Shown piece after piece: positions 37,594 through 47,818 of a stretch of 64,000 bases of DNA. The stretch lies in NCBI GenBank assembly GCA_017450105.1, contig JAFSXC010000058.1:665-64664 (forward strand). Direction: 5' to 3'. Within the stretch, counting starts at the first letter, position 1. Each line of letters starts with the position of its first letter. The position numbers and the translations under genes were made by a program. The notes beneath the pieces were generated by a model. It was not told the origin of the DNA. It did not search any database and was given only the letters and a program-made list of their open reading frames with translations. This stretch comes from Lachnospiraceae bacterium. GTDB lineage: Bacteria > Bacillota > Clostridia > Lachnospirales > Lachnospiraceae.

Positions 37594-38913
37594 ATGGGTC
37601 TTAGAACATTCCGGGGCGGAGTCCATCCCTTCGAAGGGAAGGAGCTGTCCAAGGACGAGGCGACAAAGGAACTGATACCGAAGGGGCCTCTTGTGTATTC
37701 TCTGTCCCAGCACATCGGCGCGCCGGCGTCTCCGATCGTGGCGGTGGGGGACCATGTGCTGAAGGGACAGAAAATAGCGGAGGCACAGGGCTTTGTTTCT
37801 TCCCCGATCTTTGCGTCGGTATCCGGTACCGTGAAGGCCATTGAGCCCCACAGAGTTCCCACCGGTGATATGGTGAACTCGATCATCATCGAAAGCGACG
37901 GCGAGTTTAAGGAGGTAGAGTACCAGCCGGTCGAGGATGTGACGAAGCTTTCCCGTGAGGAGATCATAAACCGCATCAAGGAAGGCGGCGTGGTGGGAAT
38001 GGGAGGCGCGGGCTTCCCGACCCATGTGAAGCTTTCCCCGAAGGAGCCGGATAAGATCGATTACGTGATCGTGAACTGCGCGGAGTGCGAGCCCTATCTG
38101 ACCTCGGACTACCGGATTATGCTCGACGATACCGAGGATCTGGTGGAGGGCGTAAAGATCATGCTCCAGCTTTTCCCGAACGCCAAGGGCGTATTCGGTG
38201 TCGAGAACAATAAACCGGACTGTATTAAAAAGCTTGAGGAGGCGGTGAAAAACGAGCCGCGCCTTTCCGTCTGCCCCCTGCAGACCAAATACCCCCAGGG
38301 GGGTGAGCGCCAGATGATCTATGCCGTGACCGGCCGCTCGATTAATTCCAAAATGCTGCCGGCGGACGCGGGCTGCGTCGTGGATAACGTGGAGACCGTG
38401 ACCTCGATCTATGACGCGGTGAAGCTGGGGCGGCCGAATATGGAACGGATCTTTACGGTGACCGGGGAAGCGGTAAGACATCCCGGGAACTTTAAATTCA
38501 TGATGGGAACCAGCTTTCAGGAGCTTCTGGACGCGGCGGGCGGCTGTGTTACCGAACCGGCCAAGATGATCGCCGGCGGGACGATGATGGGCTTCTCGAT
38601 GTTCGATCTGGATGTGCCGGCGGGTAAGACCCATTCCGCTTTGCTCTGTCTGACGAAGGACGAGGTCGCCGAGGCGAAGGGTACCGCCTGTATTAACTGC
38701 GGAAGATGCGTGGAGGCCTGCCCCGAGCTTTTGGTTCCGAGCCGTCTTGCGAAATTCTCCGAGAGGAACCGGCCGGAGGATTTTACGAAGTGGCATGGTC
38801 TGGAATGTGTGGAATGCGGAAGCTGCAGCTTTATCTGCCCCGCGAAGAGACCGCTGGCCCAGGCCATTAAGGACATGAAAAAAGATATTCTGGCCGCAAG
38901 GCGGAAGAAATAG
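37594..38913 (+). CDS. rnfC: Rnf electron-transport complex subunit C
   Basis: FRGGVHPFEGKELS, GMGGAGFPTHVK and two 4Fe-4S Cys clusters (CINCGRCVEACP, CVECGSCSFICP). ATG 37594 follows AAGGAG. Confidence 0.95.
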   Translation: MGLRTFRGGVHPFEGKELSKDEATKELIPKGPLVYSLSQHIGAPASPIVAVGDHVLKGQKIAEAQGFVSSPIFASVSGTVKAIEPHRVPTGDMVNSIIIESDGEFKEVEYQPVEDVTKLSREEIINRIKEGGVVGMGGAGFPTHVKLSPKEPDKIDYVIVNCAECEPYLTSDYRIMLDDTEDLVEGVKIMLQLFPNAKGVFGVENNKPDCIKKLEEAVKNEPRLSVCPLQTKYPQGGERQMIYAVTGRSINSKMLPADAGCVVDNVETVTSIYDAVKLGRPNMERIFTVTGEAVRHPGNFKFMMGTSFQELLDAAGGCVTEPAKMIAGGTMMGFSMFDLDVPAGKTHSALLCLTKDEVAEAKGTACINCGRCVEACPELLVPSRLAKFSERNRPEDFTKWHGLECVECGSCSFICPAKRPLAQAIKDMKKDILAARRKK

Positions 38914-38930
38914 AAGGGAGGAGAATAACC

Positions 38931-39890
38931 TTGAGCTCGATACATGTTTCGTCTACGCCCCATGTCCGGTCGAAGGATACGACGCAAAAGATCATGCTCA
39001 TCGTCGTGATCGCGCTGCTCCCCAGCGCCATCTTCGGCATCGTGAATTTCGGTGTGAGCGCTCTGGTCCTTACGGTTCTCTGCGTGGCCAGCGCTGTCGC
39101 GTCCGAATGGGTGTTTAATAAAATTACAAAACGGCCCCAGACCATAGGCGATCTCTCCGCCGTGGTAACGGGACTTCTGCTTGCCATGAACCTGCCGCCG
39201 TCGCTTCCCTGGTGGGAGGCAATCCTCGGATCGGTATTTGCCATTATTATCGTAAAATGCCTGTTCGGCGGACTGGGACAGAACTTTCTGAACCCGGCGC
39301 TCGGCGCCCGGTGCTTCCTGATTACGGCCTTCGCCGCGGATATGACTCGGTTTTCGGCGAGCAACCTGGCTCCGGATGCCTTTACCGGAGCGACGCCTCT
39401 CGCGATCTTAAGAAGCGGGGAGGGGTCTGTAAACCTGATGGATATGCTCCTCGGAAGAACCGCCGGTACGATCGGCGAGACCTCAACGCTCCTGATCCTG
39501 ATCGGAGCCATTATCATGATCCTCTTCGGAGTGATCGATCTGGTGATCCCGGGCTGCTATATCGTAAGCTTTGTGATCTTTATGCTCCTGTTCGGCGGCC
39601 ATGGCGCGGACCTGAACTATATTATCGCCCAGCTTTGCGGCGGCGGTCTGATGCTCGGTGCCTTCTTTATGGCCACGGACTATGTAACGAGCCCGATCAC
39701 GCCCTGGGGCAGGGTGATCTTCGGAATAAGCTGCGGCCTTCTGACCGGGCTGTTCCGGTGCTTCGGTGCCAATGCGGAGGGCGTTTCGTTTGCCATTATC
39801 TTATCCAACCTCCTGGTGCCGCTGATCGAGAAGATTACGATCCCGCGGGCTTTCGGAGTAGTAAAGGAGGCGAAGAAAAAGAATGAATAA
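38931..39890 (+). CDS. rnfD: Rnf subunit D
   Basis: NqrB/RnfD-like polytopic protein carrying the FMN-attachment motif GATPLA. TTG start. Confidence 0.9.
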   Translation: MSSIHVSSTPHVRSKDTTQKIMLIVVIALLPSAIFGIVNFGVSALVLTVLCVASAVASEWVFNKITKRPQTIGDLSAVVTGLLLAMNLPPSLPWWEAILGSVFAIIIVKCLFGGLGQNFLNPALGARCFLITAFAADMTRFSASNLAPDAFTGATPLAILRSGEGSVNLMDMLLGRTAGTIGETSTLLILIGAIIMILFGVIDLVIPGCYIVSFVIFMLLFGGHGADLNYIIAQLCGGGLMLGAFFMATDYVTSPITPWGRVIFGISCGLLTGLFRCFGANAEGVSFAIILSNLLVPLIEKITIPRAFGVVKEAKKKNE

Positions 39891-40485
39891 ACGAGTCGTA
39901 AAAGATGCCCTGATCCTGACCGCGTTTACTCTGGTGCTCGGGTTCATTCTGGGCGGTGTACATGAAATTACAAAGGAACGGATCGATGCGGCGGAGCTTG
40001 CGGCGAAGCAGGCGGCCTATATGGAGGTTTTCCCCGAGGCTGCGGACTTCGTGCCCCATGAAGACATCGATCTGGAGATGGCGAACATGGGCCTTAACGA
40101 TCTTGGCTACAACGATTCGATCGATGAGGTCATGGATGCGCTGGATGCCGGCGGAGAGACGATCGGTTATGTGGTGACGGTGACCGCGAAGGACGGATCG
40201 CAGGATCTCATTACCTTTGCCGTGGGTCTGGAGAATGACCGTACCGTAAACGGCTATTCGATAACGGAGATCGGCGAAACGCCGGGTCTTGGGGACAAGG
40301 CGAAGCTGCCTGAATTCTATGACCAGTTCAGCGAGAAGAACGTAGATTATTTTGAGGTGGTAAAGGACGGGGGTGACCCGGATGAACAGATCCTGGCCAT
40401 TACCGGCGCTACGATTACGAGTAAGGCCGTGACCAACGGCGTGAATGCGGCGCTTGCCCTGTATGACCATTTTCTGGTGGAGTAA
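39883..40485 (+). CDS. rnfG: Rnf subunit G
   Basis: N-terminal TM segment and an FMN_bind domain with the flavinylation motif ITGATITSKAV. Confidence 0.9.
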   Translation: MNKRVVKDALILTAFTLVLGFILGGVHEITKERIDAAELAAKQAAYMEVFPEAADFVPHEDIDLEMANMGLNDLGYNDSIDEVMDALDAGGETIGYVVTVTAKDGSQDLITFAVGLENDRTVNGYSITEIGETPGLGDKAKLPEFYDQFSEKNVDYFEVVKDGGDPDEQILAITGATITSKAVTNGVNAALALYDHFLVE

Positions 40486-40497
40486 GGAGGGGATGAG

Positions 40498-41241
40498 ATG
40501 AAAGAAAACGTATTGCTGGAACGTCTGAAAAACGGTCTTCTGAATGAGAACCCCACCTTTGTTCTGATGCTCGGTATGTGTCCGACGCTGGCGGTGACGA
40601 CCTCGATTATCAACGGCATCGGCATGGGCCTATCCACAACGGTGGTTCTGGTCTTATCGAACCTTTTGATCTCTCTGTTTCGGAAGGTGATCCCGGACGG
40701 GGTACGGATCCCGGCCTTTATCGTGATCGTGGCCTCTCTGGTTACAGTGGTGCAGTTTTTGATGCAGGCCTACTTAAACGACCTTTATGCGTCTCTCGGC
40801 GTCTATATTCCGCTGATCGTCGTGAACTGTATTATTCTCGGCCGCGCGGAAAGCTATGCGAGTAAAAACCCTGTGCTTCCGTCGATCTTTGACGGGCTGG
40901 GCATGGGCCTCGGCTTTACCTTCGGCCTTTCCTGCCTCGGCGCGATCCGTGAGATCCTCGGCGCGGGCCAGCTTTTCGGGATCCAGATCCTTCCGCTGGC
41001 GGACCGGGCGAACGGGGTTGCGGGCTTTACGCCGATCACCATCTTCATCATGGCGCCCGGAGCCTTCCTGGTGCTGGCCTTTTTGGTGGCGCTGATGGGA
41101 ATTGTGAGGAAGAAGATGGCGGCCAAGGGAAAGCCCCTGAAGGAGCCCAGCGGCTGTATGACCGGAGACTGCGCGGGCTGCGGCTTTTCTGCCTCCTGCC
41201 AGGGAAAATCGAAGGATGACAAGGGGGGTGAGACAGCATGA
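40498..41241 (+). CDS. rnfE: Rnf subunit E
   Basis: NqrD/RnfE-family sequence (NPTFVLMLGMCPTLAVT). Confidence 0.9.
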   Translation: MKENVLLERLKNGLLNENPTFVLMLGMCPTLAVTTSIINGIGMGLSTTVVLVLSNLLISLFRKVIPDGVRIPAFIVIVASLVTVVQFLMQAYLNDLYASLGVYIPLIVVNCIILGRAESYASKNPVLPSIFDGLGMGLGFTFGLSCLGAIREILGAGQLFGIQILPLADRANGVAGFTPITIFIMAPGAFLVLAFLVALMGIVRKKMAAKGKPLKEPSGCMTGDCAGCGFSASCQGKSKDDKGGETA

Positions 41242-41813
41242 AAGCATTGATTCTGATTGCCATCGGCTCGGCCCTTGTAAATAACGTGGTCCTTTCCCAG
41301 TTTCTTGGGATCTGCCCCTTCCTCAGCGTGAGCAAAAACGCCAAAACAGCGGCGGGCATGGGCGGTGCGGTTATCTTCGTTATCGGGATCGCGAGCCTTG
41401 TGACCTCTGTGATCTATAAGTTTTTGATGGTGCCGCTCGGGATCGAATACCTGCAGACCATCGTATTTATTCTGGTGATTGCGGCGCTGGTCCAGTTCGT
41501 GGAAATGTTTTTGAAGAAGAAAATGCCTCCTCTTTATGAGTCGCTCGGCGTGTTCCTTCCTCTGATTACCACCAACTGCGCGGTGCTCGGTGTGGCGCTT
41601 ACGAACGTGACCAAGAGCTACGGGATCCTGGAGAGCGTCGTGAACGGTCTGGCCACCGCCTTCGGCTTCTTTATCGCTATTGTCCTGATGGCCGGGATCC
41701 GGGAGCATATCGAGGGAAACGATGTGCCGAAGACCTTCCAGGGAACCGCCATCGTGCTTGTGACTGCCTGTCTGATGTCCATTGCCTTTATGGGCTTCTC
41801 GGGGATGATTTGA
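41238..41813 (+). CDS. rnfA: Rnf subunit A
   Basis: NqrE/RnfA-family sequence (VNNVVLSQFLGICPFL). Confidence 0.9.
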   Translation: MKALILIAIGSALVNNVVLSQFLGICPFLSVSKNAKTAAGMGGAVIFVIGIASLVTSVIYKFLMVPLGIEYLQTIVFILVIAALVQFVEMFLKKKMPPLYESLGVFLPLITTNCAVLGVALTNVTKSYGILESVVNGLATAFGFFIAIVLMAGIREHIEGNDVPKTFQGTAIVLVTACLMSIAFMGFSGMI

Positions 41814-41832
41814 GAAAGAAAGGAAGGGTATC

Positions 41833-42660
41833 ATGAATTTTACAGCAATACTTATCGCCGCCCTTGTGGTCGGTGTGCTGGGGATCGTCATCGGCTTCTT
41901 CCTCGGGGTCTCCGGCGAGAAATTAAAGGTTGAGGTAGACCCGCGGGAGGAAGAGATCATCGGCGTCCTTCCGGGGAATAACTGCGGCGGCTGCGGATAC
42001 CCGGGGTGCTCCGGTCTGGCGGCGGCCATCGTGGCCGGAGAGGCTCCGGTGGGACAGTGTCCTGTGGGCGGTGCGCCGGTTGCCGCGAAGGTCGGCGCGA
42101 TCATGGGCGTTGCCGCGGAAGAAGGGGAGCGGATGGTCGCCTTTGTGAAATGCGCGGGTGACTGTGAAAAGGCGAAAACCGCCTACGAATATACGGGAAT
42201 AACGGAATGTACGGCGATGAAATATGTGCCGGGCGGCGGACCGAAGTCCTGCACGTTCGGGTGTCTCGGCTACGGAAGCTGCGCGGCGGTCTGCCCGTTT
42301 GACGCGATCCATGTCGTGAACGGGATCGCCGTTGTGGATAAGGAGGAGTGCCGGGCCTGCAAAAAATGTATCGAAACCTGCCCGCGCGGCCTTATCGAGC
42401 TCGTTCCCTACAGCGCCGAGTATGCGGTACAGTGCGTAAATAAGAACAAGGGCAAGGAAGTGATGAACGTCTGCTCCGTGGGCTGCATCGGCTGCAAGCT
42501 CTGCGAAAAGAACTGCCCGAGCGACGCGATCCATGTGACGGACAATATTGCCCACATCGATCAGGAGAAGTGTACAGGCTGCGGAACCTGCGCGGCCAAG
42601 TGCCCGAAGAAGATCATTACCGGGAAAACGAAGGAACAAGCTTTGGCAAAGGAAGCCTGA
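41833..42660 (+). CDS. rnfB: Rnf subunit B (polyferredoxin)
   Basis: N-terminal TM segment, CGGCGYPGC, and several CxxCxxCxxxCP clusters. Confidence 0.9.
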   Translation: MNFTAILIAALVVGVLGIVIGFFLGVSGEKLKVEVDPREEEIIGVLPGNNCGGCGYPGCSGLAAAIVAGEAPVGQCPVGGAPVAAKVGAIMGVAAEEGERMVAFVKCAGDCEKAKTAYEYTGITECTAMKYVPGGGPKSCTFGCLGYGSCAAVCPFDAIHVVNGIAVVDKEECRACKKCIETCPRGLIELVPYSAEYAVQCVNKNKGKEVMNVCSVGCIGCKLCEKNCPSDAIHVTDNIAHIDQEKCTGCGTCAAKCPKKIITGKTKEQALAKEA

Positions 42661-42661
42661 A

Positions 42662-44608
42662 ATGAGTAAGAAACGTCCTAAGATCGGGGTGATGGTCGGA
42701 AACTTCCATTCCGACCATCCCAGAAGACTGGTACAACAGATATACCGGCTCCTCCATGGGCAGGATGTTGACGTGCGCTTTTATCTCGGCACGGAAAGCT
42801 CCAGCTTCATGGACGGTTTTATGATGCAGGGAAGCAAGTACGACTACCAGTACGCCTCCCTTTACGGCTACAGCCGCTATGATAATCTGGATCTTCTGAT
42901 CATCTCCGAGGGAACGCTCGGAATCTATCATGATCCGGAGGAAAAGAAAAAAATATTCGAAAGCCTTCCGGATGTCCCTACGATCCACCTGGAATCCATT
43001 CAGGAGGATAAGAACCAGAGCTATATTATTATTGATAACTACCAGGGAATTAGAGACTGCACCGAGCATCTGATCATGGAACACGGCTGCAGGGATCTTG
43101 CCTTCCTGACCGGGCCCGCCGCCAACCGGGACGCGGATGAGCGGCTTCTGGCCTTCCTCGATACGATGGCAAAGCACGGTCTGACCGTCGGAGAAAACCG
43201 GATCATGCATGGCGATTTTTCCGAGAATGTCGACGGTGTGATAGAGGATATGTTTTCGAAGAGCCCCTATCCGGACGCGATCGTGTCGGCCAATGACGAA
43301 ATGGCGACAGCGGTCTACCGGGTCATGAAGCGCCACGGCCTGACGCCCGGAAAGGAAATCAAGGTGACCGGCTTTGACGACTGGGAGATGGCGGGCTTTA
43401 TGGACCCGCCGCTGACGACGGCGAGGCAGGATTACGAGGAAATCGCCGAGGTGTCGACGAAGCTGGCCTATGACCTTCTGGACGGAAAGGAGGCGCGGCA
43501 GATCCGGACGAAGGCGCCGCTGATCCGCCGCTGCTCCTGCGGGTGCTGCATGGATAACGTAAAGGACGATACCACGATCGAGCGGCAGGCCCTGATCGAC
43601 AGTATCTGGAAGCAGAAGAAAAACCAGCGGAACAGTTGGATCGGAGCTCTTTTAAACCGGGAGCTCTTAGAGGCCTCGAATACGAAAAACTTTTACTCCC
43701 GGCTGGGGATGATCTTCCAGTATCTGGAGGTGGAAAAGGCCAGCATCTATCTGCTGGAAAAGCCTCAATACATAGAAAAGGGAGAAACGATAAAAATGGT
43801 CCCGAACGTGCTCCGTATGCTGGAGTACGACAAGGGAAAACGGAAGGCCTGCTCGGCGGAGGAGGCGCTGAAGGTGCCGCTGGATAACCGGGGCCTTGCG
43901 GCGGACCGGAATAAGCCGGCTTCCTGTGCCATGGTCTTTTTGCTGTTCTTTGAAAAATACCAGTACGGAACGATGCATCTCTTCATCGATCCGGAGGATA
44001 TCGACTTCTATTATATGCTGTCCTTAGAGATCGGCTCGTCCATGCGCTATGTGGCGCTGTCTCTCGAACAGAAGGCCTCCCGTCAGGCTCTGAAGGAGAA
44101 GAACCAGATCCTGGACTTTACGGCCCACCACGATGAGCTTACCAAGGTCTATAACCGGACCGGAGTGATCACCAAAACTCTGGAGCTGTTCCGCCGGAAG
44201 TCGGATACGAAGTTCGCGGTTCTGATGGCGGATCTGGACCACCTGAAGCAGATCAACGATACCTTCGGCCATGGCGAGGGCGACTTCGCGATCCGAAGCG
44301 CTGCGAAGATCCTGAGCGAAGTAATGGAGAAGGAGGACGCCGTGATCGGGCGCACCGGAGGAGACGAATTCGTAGCGATCTTTTCGATCCGCTCCTCGAA
44401 GGACATACGCGCTTACATCCAGGCGCTGCACGACAAATGCAGGGAGTTTAATATGACGACGGACAAGCCCTATTACGTGGAGGTCTCCGGCGGCGGCGTG
44501 ATCTTTACGGCCGAAGAGGGCCGTGACCTGCAAAACGTTTTGAACCGCGCGGATGAGCTCCTTTATGAGGACAAAAAGAAGAGACGGGAGAGCGTTATTC
44601 GTAAATGA
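42662..44608 (+). CDS. Periplasmic-binding-protein-like (LacI-type sugar-binding fold) sensor fused to a GGDEF diguanylate cyclase
   Basis: The N-terminal 300 aa resemble Peripla_BP_1/3 (RDLAFLTGPAANRDADERLLAFLDTMAKHGL) and the C-terminus is GGDEF (RTGGDEFVAIF). The ATG lies 1 nt after the rnfB stop. Confidence 0.8.
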   Translation: MSKKRPKIGVMVGNFHSDHPRRLVQQIYRLLHGQDVDVRFYLGTESSSFMDGFMMQGSKYDYQYASLYGYSRYDNLDLLIISEGTLGIYHDPEEKKKIFESLPDVPTIHLESIQEDKNQSYIIIDNYQGIRDCTEHLIMEHGCRDLAFLTGPAANRDADERLLAFLDTMAKHGLTVGENRIMHGDFSENVDGVIEDMFSKSPYPDAIVSANDEMATAVYRVMKRHGLTPGKEIKVTGFDDWEMAGFMDPPLTTARQDYEEIAEVSTKLAYDLLDGKEARQIRTKAPLIRRCSCGCCMDNVKDDTTIERQALIDSIWKQKKNQRNSWIGALLNRELLEASNTKNFYSRLGMIFQYLEVEKASIYLLEKPQYIEKGETIKMVPNVLRMLEYDKGKRKACSAEEALKVPLDNRGLAADRNKPASCAMVFLLFFEKYQYGTMHLFIDPEDIDFYYMLSLEIGSSMRYVALSLEQKASRQALKEKNQILDFTAHHDELTKVYNRTGVITKTLELFRRKSDTKFAVLMADLDHLKQINDTFGHGEGDFAIRSAAKILSEVMEKEDAVIGRTGGDEFVAIFSIRSSKDIRAYIQALHDKCREFNMTTDKPYYVEVSGGGVIFTAEEGRDLQNVLNRADELLYEDKKKRRESVIRK

Positions 44609-45602
44609 CCAGATCCGAGGAATTGATCCCGGAGGTCGTATGGATCTGAAGGTCATCGGTAATAAAGATGGCGTCCACGGACGAAAGCTCCTCCACATAG
44701 GCCATCCCCAGGTCCAGGCCCATCGTAAAGACCGCCGTGGACAGAGCATCTCCGTCTACGGATTCGGGGGAAAGAATCGTTACACTGAGCAGGCTGTTCG
44801 ATGCAGGACAGCCTGTTTTTGTGTCCAGAATATGGTGGTAGAGCTTCCCGTCCACCTCACGGAAGCGCTCATATACGCCGGAGGTAACCAGAGACCGGTC
44901 TTTAACATAACAGGCGGCGATCGGAACGCCCTCCTCGGAGAAGGGCTCCTGGATCCCGATCAAAAAGGGCTTATCATCGGGCTTTCCTCCGATGGTAAGG
45001 ACGTTGCCTCCGAGGTTTATGATGGCGGAGGTTACGCCGTGGGCGGTAAGATAGATCTTCAGACGGTCGGCCACATAGCCCTTCGCGATCCCGCCGAGGT
45101 CAAGCCGGGCCTCCGGATCGTGCAGCGTTACGGTCCTGCCAGAAATCTCCAGCATATCATCATCCACGGTATCGAGGGCATTTTCAATCGCCCCCTCGGA
45201 GGGGACGGTAAAGACCTCGTCGGTCGGAGCACCGGACAGCCCCCATAGGGAGCTCAGGGCGCCGATCGTAAGGGCAAAGCGGCCGTCGGTAAGGTCGAAA
45301 TAATGCTTCCCGATCGTCAGCAGCTCGGCGGTATCTTCATCGACCTCCACGGGGGTGGAGGCGGACTGATTGATCCGGGCGATGTCGCTCGACGGGATCG
45401 TTGTACTGAACAGGGATTCGTAGACCTTCGCCAGCGAAAAGCATTTATCGAGCAGGGCCCGGTCTTCGGTACCGAACAGGGTAATCGTTATCACGGTATC
45501 AAAGCAGAAATCGGTACGGCTGATGCTCTGTTCTTCGGTTTTTGCGCCGCAGCCGGATAAGAGAAGGACGGCGGCAAGGATAAGGGCTGTCAGTTTTTTC
45601 AT
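44595..45602 (-). CDS. apbE: FAD:protein FMN transferase ApbE (lipoprotein)
   Basis: Lipobox LLLSGCG and the ApbE motif DLGGIAKGY. I place the start at MKKLT (45602). Confidence 0.9.
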   Translation of the reverse strand: MKKLTALILAAVLLLSGCGAKTEEQSISRTDFCFDTVITITLFGTEDRALLDKCFSLAKVYESLFSTTIPSSDIARINQSASTPVEVDEDTAELLTIGKHYFDLTDGRFALTIGALSSLWGLSGAPTDEVFTVPSEGAIENALDTVDDDMLEISGRTVTLHDPEARLDLGGIAKGYVADRLKIYLTAHGVTSAIINLGGNVLTIGGKPDDKPFLIGIQEPFSEEGVPIAACYVKDRSLVTSGVYERFREVDGKLYHHILDTKTGCPASNSLLSVTILSPESVDGDALSTAVFTMGLDLGMAYVEELSSVDAIFITDDLQIHTTSGINSSDLVIYE

Positions 45603-45623
45603 AAGACTTATTATACCATTCCT

Positions 45624-45651
45624 TTGACGAGTGGGCAAACTTGGTTATAAT
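45624..45651 (+). promoter_or_regulatory. Promoter for ruvAB
   Basis: TTGACG (45624-29), 16 nt, TATAAT (45646-51). Confidence 0.55.
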
Positions 45652-45680
45652 GAAATGTATAGTTTGAAGGGGAGAACAAT

Positions 45681-46289
45681 ATGTACTCGTATTTTAAGGG
45701 AATCCTTACGGAAAAAGAAGAGGGACTTTGCGTCGTGGAGACCGGGGGCGTCGGGTATAATATCCTGGTAGGGGGCGCGGTTCTGGAGCGGCTGCCGGCG
45801 GCGGGGAATGAGGTAAAGCTTTATACCTATACCTCGGTGAGAGAGGATGCCATCCAGTTATTCGGGTTTCTTACGAAGGAGGATGTACGGCTGTTCCGGC
45901 TTCTGATCGGGGTCAGCGGGATCGGGCCGAAGGGGGCGCAGGCGATCCTGTCCCAGATGAGCGCGGACGATCTGCGCTTTGCGATCTTGTCCGAGGATCA
46001 GGGAGCGATCGCGAAGACGCCGGGGATCGGGAAAAAGACGGCGCAGAAGCTGATCCTGGAGCTGAAGGATAAGCTGAAGCTCGGAGAAACAGAAACAATC
46101 GGAACCGGAGAGACGAATGCGGTTATGACGGGGATGAGTGATGCCCGGACGGAGGCGGTGCAGGCGCTGACCGCGCTTGGGTATTCGCCGACGGATGCGC
46201 TGGCGGCTGTGAGAAAGAGCGCTTTGCCGGAGGATGCGACGGTGGAGGAGCTCCTGAAGGAGGCCCTGCGTCAGATGGCGCTTTTATAA
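45681..46289 (+). CDS. ruvA: Holliday junction DNA helicase RuvA
   Basis: MYSYFKGIL...GVGYNI, HhH motifs (VSGIGPKGA, PGIGKKTA). Confidence 0.95.
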   Translation: MYSYFKGILTEKEEGLCVVETGGVGYNILVGGAVLERLPAAGNEVKLYTYTSVREDAIQLFGFLTKEDVRLFRLLIGVSGIGPKGAQAILSQMSADDLRFAILSEDQGAIAKTPGIGKKTAQKLILELKDKLKLGETETIGTGETNAVMTGMSDARTEAVQALTALGYSPTDALAAVRKSALPEDATVEELLKEALRQMALL

Positions 46290-46301
46290 GAGGACAAGGC
46301 T

Positions 46302-47306
46302 ATGCCAAAGAGAGTGATCAATACAGAACTGCAGAAGGAGGACGCGCCGGTCGAAAATTCCCTGCGTCCCCAGCGGTTCGAGGACTATATCGGCCAGGAA
46401 AAGGCCAGGGAGCAGCTAAAGATCTATATTGATGCGGCCAAAAAAAGAAAGGAGGCCCTGGATCATGTCCTGTTCTTCGGCCCGCCGGGGCTTGGGAAGA
46501 CCACACTGGCCGGGATCATCGCAAACGAGATGGGAACGAGGATGAAGGTGACGAGCGGACCGGCGATCGCGAAGCCCGGGGAGATGGCGGCAATCCTCAG
46601 CAATCTCGAGGAGGGCGATGTGCTGTTCGTGGACGAAATCCACCGGCTGAACCGGCAGGTGGAGGAGGTTCTGTACCCGGCCATGGAGGATTTCGGCATC
46701 GATGTCATGATCGGGAAGGGCCCCTCGGTCCGCTCCATCCGACTCGACCTCCCGCGTTTTACGCTGGTCGGGGCGACGACCAGGGCCGGTCTTTTGTCCG
46801 CTCCGCTCCGAGACCGCTTCGGCGTTATCCACCATCTCGAGTTCTATAACTTTGAGGAGCTGAAGACCATCATCCTGCGCTCCGCAAACCGCCTTTCGGT
46901 AAAGATCGAGGACGCGGGGGCGGAGGAGCTGGCCAGACGGTCCCGGGGGACCCCGCGGCTTGCCAACCGCCTTCTGAAGCGGGTGCGGGACTTCGCGGAG
47001 ATCCGTTACGACGGCGTGATCACGAAGGAGGTGGCGGAAACAGCCCTGAATCTCCTGGAGGTGGACCGCTACGGCCTGGACAATAATGACCGGCAGTTGA
47101 TGAAGCTCCTTCTCGAGCAGTTTAACGGCGGCCCCGTCGGGATCGAAACGCTTGCCGTGGCCTTCGGAGAGGACCCGGGGACGATTGAGGACGTGTACGA
47201 GCCCTACCTGGTCAAGAGCGGGTTCATCAACCGGACGCCCCGGGGCCGCGTTGCCTCGGACAAGGCCTATGCCCATTTCGGGATTGCGAAACCGGATAAT
47301 TCGTAG
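46302..47306 (+). CDS. ruvB: Holliday junction DNA helicase RuvB
   Basis: [27 protein letters not shown]. Confidence 0.95.
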   Translation: MPKRVINTELQKEDAPVENSLRPQRFEDYIGQEKAREQLKIYIDAAKKRKEALDHVLFFGPPGLGKTTLAGIIANEMGTRMKVTSGPAIAKPGEMAAILSNLEEGDVLFVDEIHRLNRQVEEVLYPAMEDFGIDVMIGKGPSVRSIRLDLPRFTLVGATTRAGLLSAPLRDRFGVIHHLEFYNFEELKTIILRSANRLSVKIEDAGAEELARRSRGTPRLANRLLKRVRDFAEIRYDGVITKEVAETALNLLEVDRYGLDNNDRQLMKLLLEQFNGGPVGIETLAVAFGEDPGTIEDVYEPYLVKSGFINRTPRGRVASDKAYAHFGIAKPDNS

Positions 47307-47353
47307 TAAAATGATTCGAGGTGTGAACGGTTAGAGGATAATGGGGAGAAAAA

Positions 47354-47818
47354 ATGGCTTCAAAAGCGGATGTTCAGGTGATCATCAACGGCAAGGTATA
47401 TACCTTAAGCGGCTATGAAAGCGAGGAATACCTGCAGAGGGTGGCTGCCTATTTGAATAATAAGATCATGGAGTTTGACCATGTAGAAGACTATCGCCGG
47501 TTTTCGCCGGATATGCGTTCGGTCCTGCTCCAGCTCAATATAGCGGACGATTACTTTAAGGCCAGGAACCAGACGGAGCGGCTGGAGAAGGAGATCGAGG
47601 AACGGGACCGCGAGATTTATGAGCTCAAGCATGATCTGATCAGTAACCAGATCAAGCAGGAGAGCGACGAAAAGAAGCGGAAGGAGCTGGAAAGCGAGAA
47701 CAAGGAGCTCCTGCTGAACAAGGCAAAGCTGGAAGCGACTCTGGAGGATGCCCTTCTCGGAAAGGTGTCCAACAAAAAGGAACTGGAGAATGAAAAAGGA
47801 AGGTCAGGGCGTCATTAA
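47354..47818 (+). CDS. zapA: Cell division protein ZapA with coiled-coil tail
   Basis: VIINGKVYTLSGYESEEYLQRVAAYLN is a ZapA-like N-terminus, followed by an E/K-rich coiled coil. Confidence 0.75.
   Translation: MASKADVQVIINGKVYTLSGYESEEYLQRVAAYLNNKIMEFDHVEDYRRFSPDMRSVLLQLNIADDYFKARNQTERLEKEIEERDREIYELKHDLISNQIKQESDEKKRKELESENKELLLNKAKLEATLEDALLGKVSNKKELENEKGRSGRH

Noticed and set aside
47307-47353. GTGTGAACGGT at ~47325 as a fifth copy of the dispersed repeat arm.
   Set aside because: It is only a 10/11-nt match, with no adjacent core sequence or partner arm. That is compatible with chance.
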